Of a stretch of DNA of 64,000 nt, positions 59,318 through 64,000 are shown one piece after another. How positions within the stretch are numbered: position 1 is the stretch's first letter; every line of letters begins with the position of its first letter. This stretch comes from an uncultured Bacteroidales bacterium (GTDB taxonomy: Bacteria > Bacillota_I > Bacilli_A > ML615J-28 > CAG-698): NCBI GenBank assembly GCA_964516425.1, contig CAZFAM010000005.1, positions 132 to 64,131 on the forward strand, written 5' to 3'. Under the pieces are notes generated by a model. That model worked only from the letters and a program-made list of their open reading frames with translations, was not told the origin of the DNA and made no database searches. Position numbers and translations under genes: made by a program.

Positions 59318-59978
59318 CCTTCTTATTTTTTTGGGTTGGATTTTCAACATCGAAAGAATCACCACATCCATCAACTTCAAAATCACCATCAGACATTATC
59401 ACTAATATAACTAATGCCACTATAAAAACAGAGAATGTGGCTTTCATAAAATTAGATAATAATTGATTATATCCATCACACTTAATACACAAAACAATTA
59501 TTATGGGAATTTGGATTATTAAATATAAACCAAAAGTAGATAAAAATGTTGTTTGTATACTTTCAATTAACAATATATAAATAACCAAAGTCACAAAAAA
59601 ATATGTACAACAAAACCATCCATAATGTTTTGTTATGTGAGGAATATATGATAATAAATAAAATATAACAATATATAATATCAAAGCAATATCAACTAAA
59701 TATAAAACCCATAATGGATTGCTTAGTGAACGATATATATACCATGAACGCATCATAAATCCTAAAGATATAGAATTTAAAAATATGCAAACATATTTTA
59801 TAATGAATGTTCTTCTAAAAATTATCCCTAATATTAAACTTACAATTGCAATACCAACGCCAATTATTAATACAAGTATAGAGTTTAAATCTATTAAAAA
59901 TTGTAAAAAGTAAGAAACTGTTGTGGAAAGAAATAAAAACATAAATGATGCTATTATTATAATAAATAATTTCTTCAT
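59304..59978 (-). CDS. Polytopic membrane protein, function unknown
   Basis: 6-7 hydrophobic helices. ATG 59978 follows GGAGAA. Confidence 0.6.
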   Translation of the reverse strand: MKKLFIIIIASFMFLFLSTTVSYFLQFLIDLNSILVLIIGVGIAIVSLILGIIFRRTFIIKYVCIFLNSISLGFMMRSWYIYRSLSNPLWVLYLVDIALILYIVIFYLLSYIPHITKHYGWFCCTYFFVTLVIYILLIESIQTTFLSTFGLYLIIQIPIIIVLCIKCDGYNQLLSNFMKATFSVFIVALVILVIMSDGDFEVDGCGDSFDVENPTQKNKKDTAI

Positions 59979-60032
59979 AATTTTCTCCATTACTATATTA
60001 GTATACCATTTCTTATATTCTTTTGTCTATAT

Positions 60033-60072
60033 AAAAAAACCATAACTTTTAGATATTATCTAATAAGCTATG
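60033..60072 (-). terminator. Intrinsic terminator after pfp
   Basis: Imperfect AT-rich stem CATAGCTTATTAGAT / ATCTAAAAGTTATG followed by G then T7. Confidence 0.5.
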
Positions 60073-60081
60073 TTTATATTT

Positions 60082-61740
60082 TTATTGTTTTTCTAATGCT
60101 AAAGTTCTAGTAGTTAAATCACAAACTTCTGCTGGTCCATAGTATTGAATGGCACCTGGACAAACATAAGCAGTTTCTTCAGCCCATTTATCTCTATTTT
60201 CCGCAAAGTATTTAAATGGTTTTCCATTTAAGTCAACTAATGCTTTTCTAATAACAGGTTTATCTTCACCATGTCTTCTTTCAATATTCATCATTTTAGT
60301 AATTGGCATTCCACCAGCAACCCATTGATCAGCAGGTTTTGATAAATTAGATACTTTAGATAAATATCCATTATATCCATATTGAATTAACATAAAAGCA
60401 TTATAACCTAATGAGTAGCAATAATCTGCATCAAAGTTTGATGGGAAAGCACATCTTCCTTCATATCCAAAGAAATGATGTAAAGCATTAAATTTGCCTT
60501 TATAAGTTCCTTTAGCTTTTCTTTCTTCTAATACATCTTTAACTAAAGCTGAGAACAATTTTTCTGATTCTATTAATGAAACTTGTACGTTACCATGAGG
60601 GTCGCGTTCTAAGAATAATTGTTGTTGAATTCCTTGTGGTAAAATAGCAAATACAGCCATTGATTCTTTTGTTAAACCTTGTTCAATAAAATTGTATTTA
60701 GCTTCCCAATTAGGTAAAGCGTTGAAAGCTTCTGCTTTTGCACCAGCTAATAATTCATTAATTTCATGAATTAATACAGAGAATTCAGGAACAAATTCTA
60801 CAACACCTTCAGGTATTAAAGCAACACCAAAGTTCATTCCATTATTAGCTCTCTTTTCAACAGAATCAGCAATATAATTAGCAATTTGTAATAAAGACAT
60901 TTTCTTTTCTGAAACTTCTTCAGAAATTAAACAAATGTTTGGTTGTGTTTCTAATGCACACTCTAAAGCAACGTGTGATGCTGAACGTCCCATAACTTTA
61001 ATAAAATGCCAATATTTCTTTGCGGAATTTGCATCTTTTTCAATGTTTCCAATTAATTCACTATATGTTTTTGTTGCTGTATCAAATCCAAATGAAATTT
61101 CAATATCATCATTTTTCAAATCGCCATCGATTGTTTTTGGACAACCTATAACTTGTACTCCAGTATTATTAGCAGCAAAATATTCAGCTAATACAGCAGC
61201 ATTAGTATTTGAATCATCACCGCCAATTATAACAATCGCAGTAATGCCATGTTTTTTGCAAACTTCTGCAGCAACCGCAAATTGTTCAGCAGTTTCCAAC
61301 TTAGTTCTTCCAGATCCAATAATATCAAATCCGCCAGTATTTCTAAACATATTAATATATTCATCGTCAAAAATTACATAATTATCTTCTAATAATCCAG
61401 CTGGACCATTTTTAAATCCATACAATACATTTTCTTTATTACATGCTTTTAAAGCATCATATAATCCACTAACAACATTGTGTCCTCCAGGTGCTTGTCC
61501 ACCAGACAAAATAACGCCTACAACTTGACGTTTTGCTTTTGATGTATTAGTTCCTTTCGCAAATGTTATTTCTTTCTTTCCATATGTATTTGGAAATAAT
61601 GCTTTAATTTTTTCTTGATCAGCAATACTTGTTGTTGCGTGTCCTTCATTAACACAAATTTCATTAATACCATTTCTTAACATTCCTGGCAATTTAGGAA
61701 CATATTGATATCTTGCTTTTTGTAATGGTGATAAACTCAT
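60082..61740 (-). CDS. pfp: Diphosphate--fructose-6-phosphate 1-phosphotransferase (PPi-dependent PFK, long type)
   Basis: 552 aa. GGDDSNTNA (Asp where ATP-PFKs have GGDGS), PKTIDGDL and MGR. GAAGGAG RBS. Confidence 0.9.
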   Translation of the reverse strand: MSLSPLQKARYQYVPKLPGMLRNGINEICVNEGHATTSIADQEKIKALFPNTYGKKEITFAKGTNTSKAKRQVVGVILSGGQAPGGHNVVSGLYDALKACNKENVLYGFKNGPAGLLEDNYVIFDDEYINMFRNTGGFDIIGSGRTKLETAEQFAVAAEVCKKHGITAIVIIGGDDSNTNAAVLAEYFAANNTGVQVIGCPKTIDGDLKNDDIEISFGFDTATKTYSELIGNIEKDANSAKKYWHFIKVMGRSASHVALECALETQPNICLISEEVSEKKMSLLQIANYIADSVEKRANNGMNFGVALIPEGVVEFVPEFSVLIHEINELLAGAKAEAFNALPNWEAKYNFIEQGLTKESMAVFAILPQGIQQQLFLERDPHGNVQVSLIESEKLFSALVKDVLEERKAKGTYKGKFNALHHFFGYEGRCAFPSNFDADYCYSLGYNAFMLIQYGYNGYLSKVSNLSKPADQWVAGGMPITKMMNIERRHGEDKPVIRKALVDLNGKPFKYFAENRDKWAEETAYVCPGAIQYYGPAEVCDLTTRTLALEKQ

Positions 61741-61858
61741 ATTTTTCTCCTTCTTTTTTTATATTATATATGGATATTATACCATATTTTAATAATTATT
61801 GCAATATAGAAGATTTAGTATGCATTATATACCTTCCTCGAGTTTTATAGTTGGATAG

Positions 61859-61894
61859 AAAAAAAATGAATTCCATTAGAAATCCATTTTTTTT
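61859..61894 (-). terminator. AT-rich hairpin flanked by A8/T8, candidate terminator
   Basis: AAAAAAAATGAATT ... AATCCATTTTTTTT, 57 nt downstream of the stop at 61951. Confidence 0.4.
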
Positions 61895-61950
61895 CTTATA
61901 TCTTTTTTATATTCTAAAATAATTTTTCAAATTATTAAAAACCTTTTATT

Positions 61951-62907
61951 CTATTCTTCTTTTAATAATTCATTATAATCTAATAAATTAATTTTATTTG
62001 CGAAAAATAATTTGCCAAAAATGTATTTATTAGAAGCACTTTCAGTTAAAGTGACGATTTTACCATTATAATAATCTAAATCCTCACTCATAGCAGGAGC
62101 TTTTAATTTATATTGATAATTATCTAAATAATATACTGGTGCTCCATCTAATGTTTCTGTAGACTTTGTTGCATCACTTTCATTATAAATATAATAATGT
62201 GAATCAGCTAATCCATAAGACGTTGAAACAATAACTTTTCCATCAGGTATAAAACAAATACCTTGGACTTCATTTCTTATTGAATATACTTTTAATGGTT
62301 TTGTTAAATCATTAATTGCATATTTAGTAACAATTGCATAATACATTCCATCACCTGTTTGATATGGGTGATTGGTAACATATTTTCCACCATTATGAAA
62401 CTCACCAACATATAAATAATTATCATCAGTATATACAAATGATGCACTATTATTTACTTCTTGACCAAGACCAATTTCAATTGATTCTCCATTACTTTTA
62501 TTTAAAATTTCATTTAAAGAAACGGTAAATATTTTACCACTACATGCAATATAAACATTATTTCCTGTAACCGCAATTCCGCCTGTATGACCAGCATAAA
62601 CTTCACCATTACTTTCTAAATTTAAATAATATGATTCACTATTGAAATTACTAATATATATTCTACTATTTTTTGTTTTATCTGTCATATATCCAGAAAC
62701 TAAAACTACTTCTTTTTCTTCACTAACGGCAACACCTTGACAAATAAAATCATCACTTAACCCTGGATTTTTACATAAACTTTCTTCAACGCCATAATAA
62801 TCAGAATACATAATAAACTTAACAAGATTTAATCCCACAATAACTATTAATATCAATGATATTAATCCTATTATCAAACTTACAAATATTTTTTTAATAA
62901 TTTTCAT
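61951..62907 (-). CDS. N-terminally membrane-anchored extracytoplasmic protein, beta-rich, function unknown
   Basis: 318 aa with one N-terminal TM helix and repeated beta-strand-like segments. AAAGGA RBS. Confidence 0.6.
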   Translation of the reverse strand: MKIIKKIFVSLIIGLISLILIVIVGLNLVKFIMYSDYYGVEESLCKNPGLSDDFICQGVAVSEEKEVVLVSGYMTDKTKNSRIYISNFNSESYYLNLESNGEVYAGHTGGIAVTGNNVYIACSGKIFTVSLNEILNKSNGESIEIGLGQEVNNSASFVYTDDNYLYVGEFHNGGKYVTNHPYQTGDGMYYAIVTKYAINDLTKPLKVYSIRNEVQGICFIPDGKVIVSTSYGLADSHYYIYNESDATKSTETLDGAPVYYLDNYQYKLKAPAMSEDLDYYNGKIVTLTESASNKYIFGKLFFANKINLLDYNELLKEE

Positions 62908-63116
62908 TTTTTATTCCTTTCGACAATATTATACACTTTTTTATTTCTTTTTACAATGGGACTGTTTTAAAAGAATGTGGATAAATATATTATTTATCAT
63001 GTATTTAAGTTATATTTAATTTAAGATTTCAAAATTCTTATTGTTAAAATTAATTGATAAAATACTTTACGATTACTCAATAATAATGTATAATTGAATA
63101 TAATAAAGGTGAAATT

Positions 63117-64000
63117 ATGTTTTTAAAAGAAATAGAATTAAAAGAAAAGAAAGAGAACAATTTATCAATTGATATAAATGATGAATATTCATATATGGAC
63201 TATTATCGTGAGAATACTTCTGATTATAATTACATAAAAAGAAAATATTATTCTTCATCTTCAAAATCAGGAAAATATATTGGTTTATATATTGATGGTA
63301 ATGAAAAGCTAGGATATTTTTATGTTTCTTGTCGAATATCCCAAAAACCAATATACAAATATTCTAGTTATACAAGATATGTTGAACTACTTGAATTTGG
63401 TTTTAATAATAATAATTTAGATCAAATCAATTTTTTATTAAATTATTTAATTGAATACACATCAAAAAATAGTTGCTTTTTTATTCAAATCAAAACAAAA
63501 GAAAAATCATTTGAAAAGTTTTATGAATTATTGCGAAAATTCCCCCACACTGAAGATAGTAATTATATATATCTTGATGTTGTTCCCACAAAATATGATT
63601 TTTTAAATCATATTACTTCTTATGTCACTGACAACATTACAATAAAAGATTTATATCACTTATATTCCCTAGGATTTACAATTAAACAAGATGTTTGTGA
63701 ATACACTTTATGCGATAATGATTCTATTATTGTGGATCGTCATACTAAAGAAATAACATACCCTTCAAGAATTGTAAATATACAAAATAAATTTAAAAAA
63801 TTAAATACAAATTCTTATAGTCTTATTCACTTAATAATTAATAATAATTATAAATTTGCGAATAAAAAAATTATTATTGATTATAAAATTAAAAATTTTG
63901 ATTTTAAATTTATTAAAGTTGATAATGAACTTTTTTCTTTTGAAAAAGAATTATATGATAATAAAATACAATTTCTTAATTTTGCTTTAATTGCTTTTAG
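63117..64000 (+). CDS. Hypothetical protein, 5' part only (runs off the window); absent from the supplied ORF track
   Basis: ATG 63117 follows AAAGGTGA. I translated 294 codons to the window end without meeting a stop (MFLKEIELKEKKENNLSIDINDEYSYMDYYRE...). No family recognised. Confidence 0.55.
   Translation, partial: MFLKEIELKEKKENNLSIDINDEYSYMDYYRENTSDYNYIKRKYYSSSSKSGKYIGLYIDGNEKLGYFYVSCRISQKPIYKYSSYTRYVELLEFGFNNNNLDQINFLLNYLIEYTSKNSCFFIQIKTKEKSFEKFYELLRKFPHTEDSNYIYLDVVPTKYDFLNHITSYVTDNITIKDLYHLYSLGFTIKQDVCEYTLCDNDSIIVDRHTKEITYPSRIVNIQNKFKKLNTNSYSLIHLIINNNYKFANKKIIIDYKIKNFDFKFIKVDNELFSFEKELYDNKIQFLNFALIAF

Noticed and set aside
2862-59990. Upstream alternative start codons used by the ORF track (2862, 6056, 10091, 14928, 17681, 19843, 24292, 31589, 36105, 43071, 44616, 44731, 48391, 59990).
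   Set aside because: In each case the proposed TTG/GTG/ATG lies inside the Shine-Dalgarno sequence, the -35 box (14928) or the riboswitch (44731) of a downstream ATG. That downstream ATG has correct RBS spacing and gives a typical family N-terminus.
170-63351. Short ORFs in the supplied track that are nested in or antisense to longer genes: 170-382, 2386-2598, 2396-2587, 5168-5392, 9349-9750, 11508-11729, 12637-12846, 14903-15154, 20732-20914, 22701-22913, 24239-24451, 30151-30369, 32094-32348, 32960-33157, 33320-33592, 36388-36609, 40309-40548, 41219-41500, 43205-43738, 44601-44801, 45556-45834, 49721-49906, 52781-52966, 54060-54251, 57121-57630, 58377-58562, 59719-59913, 60935-61381 and 63115-63351.
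   Set aside because: Each overlaps a much longer ORF that has recognisable family motifs and a proper RBS. Their products are low-complexity (Ile/Leu/Phe/Ser-rich), as expected for shadow frames, and none has a convincing RBS.
1-64000. Search by eye for rRNA, tRNA, CRISPR repeat-spacer arrays, IS elements, integrases and prophage genes.
   Set aside because: I found no regularly spaced 25-40 bp repeats, no tRNA-like GC-rich cloverleaf segments and no transposase or integrase motifs. The accessory modules therefore have no recognisable mobility genes in this window.

Overview
This is a very AT-rich chromosomal segment, below about 30% GC by eye. It comes from a low-GC, Gram-positive-type bacterium, possibly Erysipelotrichia, Acholeplasma-like or RF39-like, but I cannot place it more precisely. 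The standard genetic code applies: an RF2 gene is present and long ORFs read through without in-frame UGA. I call 49 protein genes, 45 on the minus strand, plus one decayed gene copy. I recognised no rRNA, tRNA, CRISPR array, transposase or integrase. The housekeeping backbone is hpf, DUF1846, rubrerythrin, secA-prfB-recX, leuS, an EF-G paralogue, an RluA-type pseudouridine synthase, a U32 peptidase, DegV, typA/bipA, an ABC-F ATPase, queT behind a preQ1-I riboswitch, nnr and a PPi-dependent phosphofructokinase. Five pieces of accessory material are interspersed. (1) Three GHL10/DUF187 glycoside-hydrolase-like paralogues (30-8115) are interrupted by a standalone AAA_14/DUF4143 ATPase; a decayed second copy of that ATPase lies at 36.3-36.7 kb. 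(2) A self-contained AAA_21 ATPase + RloB (AbiL-like) two-gene cassette lies at 8344-10073. (3) A solitary DUF1016/YhcG PDDEXK nuclease islet lies at 25687-26712. (4) My top candidate for an undescribed system is a five-gene module at 45387-53672. It encodes an HTH/helical-repeat regulator, an 84-aa secreted acidic pro-peptide, a 1255-aa secreted alpha/beta-hydrolase / beta-sandwich / GLUG-repeat protein, an overlapping lipoprotein and a fused MacB-type ABC ATPase-FtsX permease. (5) An ECF sigma / anti-sigma / Sfp-type PPTase operon lies at 53922-56266, and the anti-sigma ectodomain is paralogous to the adjacent lipoprotein (56385-57611). All family assignments rest on motifs read by eye and remembered family signatures. 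No database search was run.
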